DNA of 64,000 nucleotides from an uncultured Pseudomonadales bacterium (GTDB lineage Bacteria > Patescibacteriota > Microgenomatia > UBA1400 > Chazhemtobacteraceae), in NCBI GenBank assembly GCA_964422035.1, contig CAYQZQ010000001.1, positions 651,786 to 715,785 on the forward strand. Direction: 5' to 3'. Below are positions 28,562 through 38,296 of this stretch, one piece after another. A model generated the notes under the pieces. That model saw only the letters and a list, made by a program, of their open reading frames with translations, made no database searches and had not been told where the DNA came from. A program made the translations under genes and the position numbers. Each line of letters begins with the position of its first letter. The stretch's first letter is position 1.

Positions 28562-28674
28562 ACTTAAATTATACTAAAAATATGACTTAAACGATAGTTT
28601 GGATAGTTTCCTGTAGGGGAGCAGTATTAACTAACTTTACTGAAGGTCTTTTTGTAATATCTATTTAGTGGATT

Positions 28675-29418
28675 TTATTCTCTGAATTTTTTGTTTAGCT
28701 GAATGCCTATAAAAAGAAATATGCCGGCAAAAAGAAGTAGGATAAATAAATCAGTAATAGGGTTGAAATGAGTTTTTCCCTCAATTCCGTATCTGAATAA
28801 ATCATTGGCATAAGACAAGGGTGAGAGGTATGTGGCTGTTTTTGCCCATATAGGTAAGTTTTCGATGGGGATAAAAATGCCGCTGATAAACATTAGGGGA
28901 AGGCGAATAAAGTTAAGCATCATCATGATATCGCCCGGATTTTCTGTTGGGAACATGGCAAACATATTGCCCAGCAGAGAAAAAGATAAAGAGGCAGTAA
29001 TTAGTCCGATGAATAAAATAAGTGGATTGACCAGAGATACTCCGAGGAATAACCAGGTGGTAATTAAACCTAGGGAGGATATGAACAGACTAAATAAAAC
29101 CCCTCCTAAGGCTTTACCTAACACTATGGCGTAGAAAGATATGGGAGCGGAAATAAGCCGATCAAATGTCTTAACCCGTCTTTCTATGGGAATGGCAACT
29201 GGGCCGATTGATGAGGCTGAAAACAAGACGGTCAAAGAAATTAAGCCGGGGATCAGGGCTGAAACTGGGATGTTTCTGCCAACAGCAAAAGAGAGAAACA
29301 TAAATAAAGGGAACATAACTCCAAACATCAAGGTGCCAGGCCGAAGATAATAGATTTTGATATCTTTTTTTGTAATCGCCCAGGCGGCTTTTAAGTTGTT
29401 CATAATTTTTTGGATCAT
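28675..29418 (-). CDS. ABC-2 type transporter permease
   Basis: ER..TFDRLISAP, FISGIFIP, PLSY. Confidence 0.9.
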   Translation of the reverse strand: MIQKIMNNLKAAWAITKKDIKIYYLRPGTLMFGVMFPLFMFLSFAVGRNIPVSALIPGLISLTVLFSASSIGPVAIPIERRVKTFDRLISAPISFYAIVLGKALGGVLFSLFISSLGLITTWLFLGVSLVNPLILFIGLITASLSFSLLGNMFAMFPTENPGDIMMMLNFIRLPLMFISGIFIPIENLPIWAKTATYLSPLSYANDLFRYGIEGKTHFNPITDLFILLLFAGIFLFIGIQLNKKFRE

Positions 29419-30362
29419 TTGTTTTGAGTTAACTTTGTAAACACATCTTCTAAATTAGGTCCAAGTGTATTCAGGTTGATAATTTTGAGATTGTTCTCAA
29501 GACTGAAGTCCCAAAGTTCAGATAAGACCTTTTCCGGGCTGTTAGTAAATAATTTATATTTATCACCTAATTTTTGAATTTTGTTAACATGAGAGGATTT
29601 AGTAAGGATATTTATTTTTTTTCGAGAAAGGGGTTTATTAAAGGCTGTCTCTATTGATTGGACACTTTGGATCGTCTTTTTTAGATTCTCCGGTGTATCT
29701 ATGGCTGCAATTTTTCCGTGATTAATGATTGCTACCCGGTCACAGGTTTTATTAGCTTCCTCAATGTTGTGGGTGGTTAGAAAAATAGTAATATTTTGGT
29801 GATTGAGGCTATTGATAATTTCTTTGATAATTTTAGCGCTTTCTACATCGAGTCCGGATGTAGGCTCGTCTAAGAATAACAGGCGAGGGTTGTTGATTAG
29901 ACCCATGGCTAGAGTTAGCCTCCGCTTCATTCCTTTAGAGTATGTTTGGACCTTGTCGTCTCTACGATGAAAAAGCTCAAAAGTCTCTAGTAGTTCCTCG
30001 GCTTTTCGACGAGCTTGATTTTTCTCCAGATGGTAAAGATCAGCGGTAAAAATTAGATTCTCCCAGGCGGTTAAGTCCTTATAAATATTTGATTCTTCTG
30101 GGACGATCCCGATTAGTTTTTTTGCCTCAATAATTTCTTTTTCAATATCATGGTCAAAGATTTTTGCTTTGCCACCTGTTGGTTTAGTTAAGCCGGTTAA
30201 TATTCTGATGGTTGTTGTTTTGCCGGCACCGTTTGGTCCCAAAAAACCAAAAACTTCCCCCTTTTCAACCTGGAAAGAGATGTCATTGACAGCTTTTAGT
30301 TGGCCAAATTTCTTGGTAAGGTTATTTACTTTGATTGCTGTCTTATTTTTTTTAGTGGCCAT
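29415..30362 (-). CDS. ABC transporter ATP-binding protein (DrrA-like)
   Basis: GPNGAGKT, YSKGM, LFLDEPTSGLD. Confidence 0.95.
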   Translation of the reverse strand: MATKKNKTAIKVNNLTKKFGQLKAVNDISFQVEKGEVFGFLGPNGAGKTTTIRILTGLTKPTGGKAKIFDHDIEKEIIEAKKLIGIVPEESNIYKDLTAWENLIFTADLYHLEKNQARRKAEELLETFELFHRRDDKVQTYSKGMKRRLTLAMGLINNPRLLFLDEPTSGLDVESAKIIKEIINSLNHQNITIFLTTHNIEEANKTCDRVAIINHGKIAAIDTPENLKKTIQSVQSIETAFNKPLSRKKINILTKSSHVNKIQKLGDKYKLFTNSPEKVLSELWDFSLENNLKIINLNTLGPNLEDVFTKLTQNK

Positions 30363-30657
30363 CTTGAATTCCCAAAATAGTTAATTTTTCCAATGCTTTG
30401 ATTCCTCTTGGTTCATCTTTTTTGATAAAAAGGCCGGAATTTTCTTTAAGCTTGAAACTTTTTTCATCTTTAATAAACACTCCCTTACCTTGGAGAACTA
30501 GAAAGAAGACGGCGTAGGGTTCGGGGTGGGGTGGTATTTCTTGATTGGCGTCAAGACAAACCAGGGCAACATTAAATGTTTTTGATTTTAGAACATCAGT
30601 TTTTACCGGTCTTGTCTTAGTAAAAGCCTGAGAAGATAAAATATTATCTATTTTCAT
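30352..30657 (-). CDS. Cupin domain protein
   Basis: QEIPPHP...FLVLQGKG. Confidence 0.8.
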   Translation of the reverse strand: MKIDNILSSQAFTKTRPVKTDVLKSKTFNVALVCLDANQEIPPHPEPYAVFFLVLQGKGVFIKDEKSFKLKENSGLFIKKDEPRGIKALEKLTILGIQDGH

Positions 30658-31030
30658 TGGATTTATCCTTTAAATGTTTTTGATAAAATTTGACCATTTT
30701 ATTCATCATTTTTCTTCTTTCAATAATTACTTCTAGCCAGTTTTTTAAAAGTTCTTCGCCTTTTTTGGTTACTTGATAGATTCTTTTGTCAGGCTTTTCT
30801 TCTCCCTTTTGCCACCTGGAAGTTAATAGGCCTTGTTTTTCCATTCTTCGCAGTAGGGTATAGGCAGAACCAAGTTTAATTTTATGCCTGCCTTCGGTTA
30901 AGTCTTCAATTGACTCAACAATTTTATAACCGTAAGAAGGTTTTTCATAAATTACTCTTAAAATCAAAAACTGCACCCAGCGTTTTTCCGGATATTTTTT
31001 ACAATGGTTATTCTTGTTTTTACTATTCAT
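30644..31030 (-). CDS. PadR family transcriptional regulator
   Basis: YGYKI...GSAYTLLRRMEKQGLL...KRIYQVTKKG; start likely ATG 31030. Confidence 0.9.
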   Translation of the reverse strand: MNSKNKNNHCKKYPEKRWVQFLILRVIYEKPSYGYKIVESIEDLTEGRHKIKLGSAYTLLRRMEKQGLLTSRWQKGEEKPDKRIYQVTKKGEELLKNWLEVIIERRKMMNKMVKFYQKHLKDKSNENR

Positions 31031-31032
31031 AC

Positions 31033-31045
31033 ATAACATTGTTAT
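31033..31045. promoter_or_regulatory. Palindrome upstream of padR (candidate operator)
   Basis: ATAACA-T-TGTTAT immediately 5' of the likely start. Confidence 0.4.
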
Positions 31046-31156
31046 ACATGGTCAGAGTTTTGTCAATAGGGTTTGAAGTAAAGCTTGAAAGTCAAAAGAA
31101 AAAAATCTTTTTTTCTTTTACAATAACTGATTGACTTAATGGCAATTATAGTTATA

Positions 31157-31176
31157 ATATGAATGTGAGTTCATAT
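31157..31176. promoter_or_regulatory. ArsR/SmtB-type operator overlapping the arsR start
   Basis: ATATGAA-tgtgag-TTCATAT, just downstream of TTGACT and TATAGT/TATAAT. Confidence 0.6.
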
Positions 31177-31485
31177 AATTGCTGTTCACCATCAAGTAAG
31201 GAGGCAGATCAAGTTAAGTCACTATCTGTTTTACTTAAATTAGTGAGTGAGGAGAGCCGGTTAGAGATTTTATGCATTCTTTGTTTGGGAGAGCATTGTG
31301 TTTGTGAGATTATGGAGCATGTTGACATGTCTCAAAGTTTAATCTCTCATCATTTGAAGGATTTAAGGGATGGAAATATTGTTTCCAATGAGAAAAAGGG
31401 TGTGCGGGTTTACTATTCTTTGACTGATAAGGGAAAAAAGATTATAAATTTGTTATTTCAAATTTCGCAGGAGGTAAAATTATGA
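31159..31485 (+). CDS. ArsR/SmtB family transcriptional regulator
   Basis: RLEIL...CVCEI...SQSLISHHLKDL...VYYSL; N-terminal CC. Confidence 0.92.
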   Translation: MNVSSYNCCSPSSKEADQVKSLSVLLKLVSEESRLEILCILCLGEHCVCEIMEHVDMSQSLISHHLKDLRDGNIVSNEKKGVRVYYSLTDKGKKIINLLFQISQEVKL

Positions 31486-31739
31486 AAATTGAGGTATTAG
31501 GTTCTGGTTGTTCGGCTTGTGCCAAGTTAAATGAAATTGTAAATCAAGCAGCTGAAGAAATGGGGTTAAAAGAGAGGGTGGAGTATTTAGCTGGTGTTGA
31601 GGGCACTTCTCGAATTATTGAAATGGGAGCTATGAGTAGTCCGGTTTTAGCAATTAATGATCAGGTTGCTACGGTGGGTTTTATTGCCGATATAGAAAAA
31701 ATTAAGCAAGTAATTAATAAGTTTAGGGATAAAAAATAG
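31482..31739 (+). CDS. Small redox-active disulfide protein (thioredoxin fold)
   Basis: MKIEVLGSGCSAC...MSSPVLAIN. Confidence 0.88.
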   Translation: MKIEVLGSGCSACAKLNEIVNQAAEEMGLKERVEYLAGVEGTSRIIEMGAMSSPVLAINDQVATVGFIADIEKIKQVINKFRDKK

Positions 31740-31742
31740 TGT

Positions 31743-31883
31743 ATGAGTATATTTGCGCCAGTTCAACGATTTGCAGATTTGGCTACTTACGGATGGTTAG
31801 GAATAGCTGAAGGTTCGTATGCCGGGGACGGAGTTAATTTTTTTATTTACGGTCTCAATGCTTGTGCTAGAAGTGGAGGTTGA
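31743..31883 (+). pseudogene. Truncated ArsP/DUF318-type permease (N-terminal remnant)
   Basis: Own translation MSIFAPVQRFADLATYGWLGIAEGSYAGDGVNFFIY, then divergence and a stop after 46 codons; expected partner of ArsR and the small thioredoxin. Confidence 0.65.
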
Positions 31884-31917
31884 AGGTCTTAATTATTCCA
31901 CATTCAAGGTGAAATAA

Positions 31918-32331
31918 TTAGTTGCTGTTTTGACCAGGAGTTCTCATAAATCCGGTACCTACTTGAATATTTTGAGCAGTGATGCTCCCATCAGAATTTG
32001 ATTGCCCAGTGATAATTACACTTGACCCTTCTGCAATATCATCTCTCGAGCTTTCTTCTGATTTACTTACTGTCGTTGAATTGGTTAAGATTATTATCTT
32101 GCTGCTATTATCAGCAAGTTTTACAGTGATACTTGAGTTATCCAAACTTATTACTTCACCTTTTGCGGTGCTTAGTCCACTCCTCGCAGCATTTTTTTGC
32201 ACTTTCATTTGTTCAGAGTTGGCAGGCCAACTAGGCATTTTACTTTCTTGGTATTTCATACCACCATAAAAGCCTCCGCCACCAGTTGCTGCAGCTGTTA
32301 AAACAATTGCGATTATTAAATTATTTTTCAT
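31918..32331 (-). CDS. Membrane-anchored DUF5666-like protein
   Basis: GGGFYGGMKYQ, GEVISLD..SITVKL...DGSITAQNIQ. Confidence 0.7.
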   Translation of the reverse strand: MKNNLIIAIVLTAAATGGGGFYGGMKYQESKMPSWPANSEQMKVQKNAARSGLSTAKGEVISLDNSSITVKLADNSSKIIILTNSTTVSKSEESSRDDIAEGSSVIITGQSNSDGSITAQNIQVGTGFMRTPGQNSN

Positions 32332-32351
32332 TATTGTTCACCTCCTCTTTA

Positions 32352-33569
32352 TTATTCATATCTTAAGGCGTCAATAGGTTGTAATTTTGCTGCCTTTTGA
32401 GCTGGATACCATCCAAACAGTATTCCTATTACGGCTGAGACTCCAAACGCCAGCAATATTGATTGTATTGACAATATAAACGGTAGATTCATTGAGCTGG
32501 ATATAATAAATGAAGCTCCAATTCCAATTGTTGTTCCAATTACTCCGCCGATAAATGTAATCATCACTGCTTCTGTTAGAAATTGCGAATTAATGATACT
32601 TGCTTTAGCACCCAGAGCCTTTCGAAGGCCAATCTCTCGGGTGCGTTCAGTTACAGTAACAAGCATAATGTTCATAATTCCAATTCCCCCAACAATAAGA
32701 GATATGGCCGCAACTCCTGTAAGAAGGGTAGTGAAAGTGTCGGTTACTGAAGTAACGGTTGAGAGAATATCTTCCTGAGATCTTATTCTAAAGTCAGCTT
32801 GTTCGGGGTTTTTAATTTTATGTCTTGTCAGTAGTAAATTAGTTAACTCCTCTTGTGTTTGAACCATTACCTCTTCGTTTATAGCACTAACTGAAATTGA
32901 GCTAACATAATCGACCCCAAAAAGTAATTTTTGGGCTGTGGTTAGGGGAATAAACACAACATCATCTTGGTTATACATACCGGCTCCGCCCTTTGCTTCG
33001 GTTAAACCTACAACGGTGAAAACCTGTCCATTAATTCTTATTATCTGTCCAACGGGATTTACCCCTTCTCCAAATAGACCTATCGATGTTTCAGGACCCA
33101 GTACGGCTACCTTATTTAGTACACTTATGTTTCTATCAGTGATAAAGTTTCCGGATGAGAGGGTAAGATTTCTGATGTCAGCATATTCAGGGAGTACGCC
33201 ATAAACATTTGTATTTGTGTTGTTTTTACCGACCACTATTTGAGTTTTGGATGCGTATTCTGCTGAAACCTTGTTTACTGTTGTAATTTGAGTAGAAGCG
33301 GCAATTGCTTTAGCGTCATCGTAAGTTAAAGTTTGCACACTTCCTCCGCTAACACCTTTTGAGGATTGAGAACCTGGAGAGATTGTGATCAAGTTTGAAC
33401 CAAGTGACTGAATATTGCTTGTAATAGAAGCTTGAGATGCCTGACCCAAGGACATTAATGCTATTACACTTCCAATGCCAATAATTACTCCAAGCATTGC
33501 AAGGCCTGTTCTGGCCTTATTGAGTGTTAATACCGACAAACTTTCTGCTATTAGTTCTGATAATTCCAT
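32352..33569 (-). CDS. MacB/FtsX-like ABC permease
   Basis: LGVIIGIGSVI, GIMNIMLVTVTERTREIGLRKALGA, PIDALRYE. Confidence 0.95.
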   Translation of the reverse strand: MELSELIAESLSVLTLNKARTGLAMLGVIIGIGSVIALMSLGQASQASITSNIQSLGSNLITISPGSQSSKGVSGGSVQTLTYDDAKAIAASTQITTVNKVSAEYASKTQIVVGKNNTNTNVYGVLPEYADIRNLTLSSGNFITDRNISVLNKVAVLGPETSIGLFGEGVNPVGQIIRINGQVFTVVGLTEAKGGAGMYNQDDVVFIPLTTAQKLLFGVDYVSSISVSAINEEVMVQTQEELTNLLLTRHKIKNPEQADFRIRSQEDILSTVTSVTDTFTTLLTGVAAISLIVGGIGIMNIMLVTVTERTREIGLRKALGAKASIINSQFLTEAVMITFIGGVIGTTIGIGASFIISSSMNLPFILSIQSILLAFGVSAVIGILFGWYPAQKAAKLQPIDALRYE

Positions 33570-33583
33570 ATTTACTTCTTTTT

Positions 33584-34291
33584 TTAATATTTTTTTTGCT
33601 TTCTGTTATAATTGTCTTCGGCTATTTTGCCATCACGAATTTTTATGATCCTTTTTGCATATTCTGCAATTTCAAGTTCGTGTGTAATCATTAGAATTGT
33701 ATTACCTCTCTCATTTATGTCTTGAAATATCTTCATTAGTTCGATTGCTTGTTTTGTTGCAATGTTTCCGGTCGGCTCGTCGGCAAGTATTATGCTCGGG
33801 TTCATAGAGAGGGCCCTGGCTATTGCCACTCTTTGTTGTTGACCGCCAGAAAGCTGACCGGGAGTATGGTCAAGTCTATCTCCAAGACCCACCATTTCCA
33901 AGTATTTTTTGGCTTTTTTAACCCTGTTTTCTTTAGCAATACCGCCGTACATCATGGGAATAGAGACGTTTTTCAATGCGCTGGTTCTAGGCAAGAGGTT
34001 GTACAATTGGAAGACAAATCCAATTTTTTCATTTCTAATATCGGCCAATTTATCTTCGTTTAAACTTTCGATGTTTTTGCCATCAAGAACGTACTCTCCA
34101 GATGTTGGTTTATCAAGAGCTCCGATTATGTGCATAAGAGTTGACTTTCCTGATCCTGAAGGACCCATTATGGCTACAAATTCACCCTTTCTCACTTTAA
34201 AAGAAACGCTGTCTAGTGCTTTTACCTCAACTTCACCGGTTTTGTATATTTTGGAGATACCTTTTACTTTAATAAGAGATTGTGTTGTCAT
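33584..34291 (-). CDS. ABC transporter ATP-binding protein (LolD/MacB-like)
   Basis: GPSGSGKST, LSGGQQQR, ILADEPTG. Confidence 0.95.
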   Translation of the reverse strand: MTTQSLIKVKGISKIYKTGEVEVKALDSVSFKVRKGEFVAIMGPSGSGKSTLMHIIGALDKPTSGEYVLDGKNIESLNEDKLADIRNEKIGFVFQLYNLLPRTSALKNVSIPMMYGGIAKENRVKKAKKYLEMVGLGDRLDHTPGQLSGGQQQRVAIARALSMNPSIILADEPTGNIATKQAIELMKIFQDINERGNTILMITHELEIAEYAKRIIKIRDGKIAEDNYNRKQKKY

Positions 34292-34305
34292 AATATTACA
34301 TTGAG

Positions 34306-35559
34306 TTAACGTATCTTCATTCCACCGCCCGAGCTTCCGCCGACCGGGAATATACTTCCACTTTTTGACTCTCCAGATGATTGGGTGGAAGTTGTTGTTC
34401 CTATTATCACCACATCTCCCTCATTTGCTCCCGATAATATTTCAATAGCAGTGTCGCTTGATATGCCCAGTTCCACTGTTTGATTTATTTCTTGATTTTT
34501 TTTAATAACTTTCATGGATGCGGTTTCGCCTTGATAATTAATTGCAGCTGGCGGAACAGTTAAAACATCACTTTTTGTTTTGACAATGATATTTGCTGTT
34601 GCTGCCATGTTTGGTAAAATTTGCTCTGATTTTGTATCAATTTGAACAATGACAGGATAAGTTGTTACGTTGCTGGTTATAGTTCCAACTCTGTCAACAC
34701 TAACGACTTTTCCGGTGAATGTTTTGTCAGGTATTGAATCAAGGATTATTGTTGTTTTTTGTCCTGGCTTAATTTGAGAGACATCAATTTCACTAACATC
34801 AAATGTTGCGATTGGCAGGCCTTCTGTTCCGATGGTGGCTATTCTTTGATTAGCGCGGGCGCCGCTTGATGTTTCTGTGGCGCCGATATTCATTCCTTCA
34901 GCAATGGTTACACTCTTTATAGTGCCGGAACTAGGTGATGTAATTGTGGGTGAAGCGGTTTTGAAAGAAACAGAAGTGGAGTAAAGTTTTGCCTCTGCAG
35001 ATTTTACCGAGTCGTATGCATTATCGTTTGCAACCTCTGCATTGGTTCTATCTTCTTTCGTTTCTAAACTCTCATCATCATCATGGCCTTGAATTTCATC
35101 ATAGACAACAGCCAGTGATGCCTGTGTCTTTCTGTAATTATTGTTTGCGGCGTTTAGTGAACTTTGAGCGTTGATATAGGTTGAGTATGCCGAAGCATAA
35201 TTTTGTTCTCCCTGGACATCAAGATCGATTTCAGCCAGTTTTTGTCCCACAACCACCTCGTCGCCGTCATTGACATAAACTTTGGTTATTGTTCCACTCG
35301 CTTGAGTAGTGACATTTTCTATATTAGATGAAATTACAGTACCCGAAGCGGTAATGGAAGATACTATTGTTTCACGCTTTACCGTGGCTGTTTGGTTAAT
35401 AACTTCTGGTTCACTATTGTTGTTTCTAATAAGAAGAAATGTTACTGTGCCAACAATCAAAATAATAACTACCAGCCGTTTTTTATTTGTGACCGTTGAT
35501 TTAATAAATTTTATTATCTTCTTTTTCATGTCTTTTTTGTTTATATTTACTACTGCCAA
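34306..35559 (-). CDS. Efflux membrane-fusion (MacA/HlyD-like) adaptor
   Basis: TM anchor, lipoyl halves, coiled coil, SEIDVSQIKPGQ. Confidence 0.9.
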   Translation of the reverse strand: MAVVNINKKDMKKKIIKFIKSTVTNKKRLVVIILIVGTVTFLLIRNNNSEPEVINQTATVKRETIVSSITASGTVISSNIENVTTQASGTITKVYVNDGDEVVVGQKLAEIDLDVQGEQNYASAYSTYINAQSSLNAANNNYRKTQASLAVVYDEIQGHDDDESLETKEDRTNAEVANDNAYDSVKSAEAKLYSTSVSFKTASPTITSPSSGTIKSVTIAEGMNIGATETSSGARANQRIATIGTEGLPIATFDVSEIDVSQIKPGQKTTIILDSIPDKTFTGKVVSVDRVGTITSNVTTYPVIVQIDTKSEQILPNMAATANIIVKTKSDVLTVPPAAINYQGETASMKVIKKNQEINQTVELGISSDTAIEILSGANEGDVVIIGTTTSTQSSGESKSGSIFPVGGSSGGGMKIR

Positions 35560-35592
35560 TTTGTATAGATAAAGGCATCCTATTATTTAAAT

Positions 35593-35609
35593 CTGAAAGA
35601 TTCCTTAAA
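35593..35609 (-). promoter_or_regulatory. OmpR-type direct-repeat box 1
   Basis: TTTAAG-N5-TTTCAG, 10 nt before TAGGAT, upstream of the efflux operon. Confidence 0.7.
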
Positions 35610-35614
35610 AAATG

Positions 35615-35644
35615 AAACACCCCCGCTTAAAAACGAGGGTGTTT
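35615..35644 (-). terminator. Intrinsic terminator
   Basis: AAACACCC...GGGTGTTT hairpin with a T-tract on the - strand, after 35667-36179. Confidence 0.7.
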
Positions 35645-35666
35645 TTCCCGCCTTGGGAAGGTATAC

Positions 35667-36179
35667 TTACTCAGTAGCAAACCATCGAGATAGGATGTTT
35701 TGCACAAATTTCGCAATCCTGCCACTTAAGGCTTGTTTGGCAGATTCATCCAAGTTGTGTCTTTCGACAATACTGTCTACACGATTATTGGCTTGTTCTG
35801 TCAGAAACTCTTCCGCATCTTCTTGAGTAGTACCATTTTCAGCTATGATATCACTCATGGATTCATTGTTTTGACAAGCTTTTCGCATCTCTTCACGGGT
35901 TAGTTTCGTAAACTCTTGCATCGCAGCCCCTCTTTCCTCACGGAAGGCCATTTTTGTCTCCCGTCTTGCAGTCACATCTTCCTCTGAAGGGTTTCCCCGC
36001 TCAGCTCTAAAGTCTTCTCTCATCTCTTCGGGAATAAGATGAAACCTGTCTTCATCTCCATCAAACTTGCCTTTTCCGCCAAAACCACCACCAAAAGCTG
36101 ACGCAGATTGTGGGAGAACTAGTGCACCCAGTAAAGCAAGACTAGAAACACCAAGTAGTACCTTTTTTTTCATGTTCAT
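35667..36179 (-). CDS. Secreted helical hypothetical protein
   Basis: Signal peptide (SASA|FGG), strong SD AAAGGAGGTG, charged helical body. Confidence 0.75.
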   Translation of the reverse strand: MNMKKKVLLGVSSLALLGALVLPQSASAFGGGFGGKGKFDGDEDRFHLIPEEMREDFRAERGNPSEEDVTARRETKMAFREERGAAMQEFTKLTREEMRKACQNNESMSDIIAENGTTQEDAEEFLTEQANNRVDSIVERHNLDESAKQALSGRIAKFVQNILSRWFATE

Positions 36180-36295
36180 ATATTTATCACCTCCTTTCGT
36201 TATTTTTCGACCTTGTGTGTCCCAGTAACTATTTCATTTAGTATGTGGTTTACATTAATAACAAAGTCGAATTGTTAGTAATGTATCAATACTTT

Positions 36296-36312
36296 TTGAA
36301 AAAACACTTAAA
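36296..36312 (-). promoter_or_regulatory. OmpR-type direct-repeat box 2
   Basis: TTTAAG-N5-TTTCAA, 10 nt before TACATT. Confidence 0.65.
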
Positions 36313-36313
36313 G

Positions 36314-37348
36314 TTATAATGGAAGCTTAACTGTAAATTGGGAGCCTTTATTAACTTTGCTTTCCACACTTATACTACCGGAATGTTGATCTACTATTTT
36401 TTTGGCAATTGCAAGTCCTAAACCATAGCCTTCTGCAATTTTTTTAGATCTTGACTTTTCAGCTCTATAAAATCTATCCCAGATGTGAGGTAGATCGCTG
36501 TTCGCAATACCAATACCGGTATCTTTTACGACAATCTCCATACTGCTTTTTAGTTTAAATATTTCTACACTTACACTACCTTTCTCTTTTGTGTATTTTA
36601 TTGCATTATCAATGAGTATGATAAGAAGTTTTTCTATACCATCTTTGTTCCCTTCTAATACTATACTTTGAGACTTAGTTTTAAAGTCTATATTTTTCTT
36701 TTTGGCGATAGGCATGAATCTCTTAGTGATTTTGTCCAATAAATTCTCAATATCAACTTGTTCATAAAAAGCATTCCCACTTTCCTGATTTTTTGCTAAA
36801 AGCAGCAAATCATTTGTCAAACGCTTTAATCCCAAGGCTTCTTCTAAACTACTTGTTATTGCATCTCTTGCCTTTTTAATGTCGAGTTTCTTGTTATCTA
36901 GTGCAACTTCAAGTGTAGTGATTAGTGCGGTTAAAGGTGTTTTGAGTTCATGTGAGGCGTCGGCTACGAATCTTTTTTGCTCGTTCAAAGCTTCTTCAAT
37001 AGGCTTTAGGGTTTTACCTGCTAGAAAATAGCCTGCAGAGGCAGAAAAGACAAATATTGCCGTGTTGGCATAGACGAGGATTTTTAGTATTTGATTTCTT
37101 ACGGCTTCGATATCTTCAGGTAAGATTCGAAGCTGCCTATTTGATAGTCTTGATGGACGAAACGATTCTTCGCTTAAGTTAAACTTTTTTTCAATCATGT
37201 TCATTCTTGTTTGAAATTCATGATTAACCTGGCGATAAATGAAAACACTAAAAGATAGGCTGACAAGCATTATTATAAGAAGATACAGGGCGGTGAGCTT
37301 AATTCTTGCTTTTTTAAACACAATTTTAATCTTGAATGGTATAGCCAA
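36314..37348 (-). CDS. Sensor histidine kinase
   Basis: FVADASHELKTPL, DNAIKY, DTGIGI, GYGLGLAI. Confidence 0.95.
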   Translation of the reverse strand: MAIPFKIKIVFKKARIKLTALYLLIIMLVSLSFSVFIYRQVNHEFQTRMNMIEKKFNLSEESFRPSRLSNRQLRILPEDIEAVRNQILKILVYANTAIFVFSASAGYFLAGKTLKPIEEALNEQKRFVADASHELKTPLTALITTLEVALDNKKLDIKKARDAITSSLEEALGLKRLTNDLLLLAKNQESGNAFYEQVDIENLLDKITKRFMPIAKKKNIDFKTKSQSIVLEGNKDGIEKLLIILIDNAIKYTKEKGSVSVEIFKLKSSMEIVVKDTGIGIANSDLPHIWDRFYRAEKSRSKKIAEGYGLGLAIAKKIVDQHSGSISVESKVNKGSQFTVKLPL

Positions 37349-38003
37349 ATCCCCTAACTGTTTTAATTATCTTGGATTTGTTCTGAAACGGTTTTTCAAT
37401 TTTTTTTCTTAAAAAACCCACAAACACTTCCACAGTATTAGGTAACACATCAGAATCATAATTCCACACGTGGCTGATAATCTGATTCCTGTTCACTACC
37501 AAATTTTTATTTCTCATCAGATATTCCAGTATTGAAAATTCCTTTTTTGAAATATCCAAGACTTTTCCTGATCTTTTAACCTGCTTGGTAAGTGTATTTA
37601 ATTCTAAATCCTTTACTTTTAGTACTTGTCCAAGAGATTGTTTGGGGCGCCTTGAAAGAGCGCGTATTCTTGCCATCAATTCAGAAAAAGAAAAAGGCTT
37701 AGCTAAGTAGTCATCGGCACCGGCGTCAAGTCCTTTTACCTTGTCTTCTGTCAAATCTTTTGCTGTTAGCATTAATATTGGAGTGTGATTTTTTTCTTCT
37801 TTTCTTAGTTTTTCACAAATTGTTATCCCACCCATTTCGGGAAGCAAAAGGTCAAGAATTATCACATCGTAATCTTCTGTGCTTGCCAGATCAAAACCCT
37901 TCTCACCGTCATAGGTAATGTCTACGGCGTAGTTATTTTGTTTCAAACCGTCACGAATGGTATTAGCAATTTTGTGCTCGTCTTCAACAATAAGAACTTT
38001 CAT
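37326..38003 (-). CDS. OmpR-family response regulator
   Basis: LIVEDE, ILDLLLP, GADDYLAKPF, TVRGFGY. Confidence 0.96.
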   Translation of the reverse strand: MKVLIVEDEHKIANTIRDGLKQNNYAVDITYDGEKGFDLASTEDYDVIILDLLLPEMGGITICEKLRKEEKNHTPILMLTAKDLTEDKVKGLDAGADDYLAKPFSFSELMARIRALSRRPKQSLGQVLKVKDLELNTLTKQVKRSGKVLDISKKEFSILEYLMRNKNLVVNRNQIISHVWNYDSDVLPNTVEVFVGFLRKKIEKPFQNKSKIIKTVRGFGYTIQD

Positions 38004-38028
38004 TTAGTAGTGATATTATATCTAATTT

Positions 38029-38045
38029 CTGAAAATAATCTGAAA
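38029..38045 (-). promoter_or_regulatory. OmpR-type direct-repeat box 3 (autoregulation)
   Basis: TTTCAG-N5-TTTCAG, followed by a TATAAT/TAATAT -10 upstream of the response regulator. Confidence 0.7.
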
Positions 38046-38161
38046 AACGGCTTTGTTGTTTTCAGGCTTGGACATTTCCTTACCCTGAGGTTTTGTAGAA
38101 ATCAGTTAACCTGATAGTCTAGGCTTTTTGAGTATGGTTGCCTTGAAACGTTAAAAATGAA

Positions 38162-38296
38162 GTGAGATTGGGTAAAAAGGATGTATCTTGACACAAGCCT
38201 GAATCAGAGATTGTTGATATTGCGATAAAGTTATTAGAAAGCGACAGGGAGGATGAGGAGATAAGAGTTAGTAGAAGGTTAAGAGTTTGGTTTTGA
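38162..38296 (+). pseudogene. Possible HAD-hydrolase remnant
   Basis: Own translation VRLGKKDVS*HKPESEIVDIAIKLLES resembles the HAD KP.P motif, with an internal stop; sits at the island edge. Confidence 0.3.

Noticed and set aside
38061-38203. 10-bp inverted repeat TTCAGGCTTG / CAAGCCTGAA as a MITE
   Set aside because: Too short, with no target-site duplication or second copy seen.
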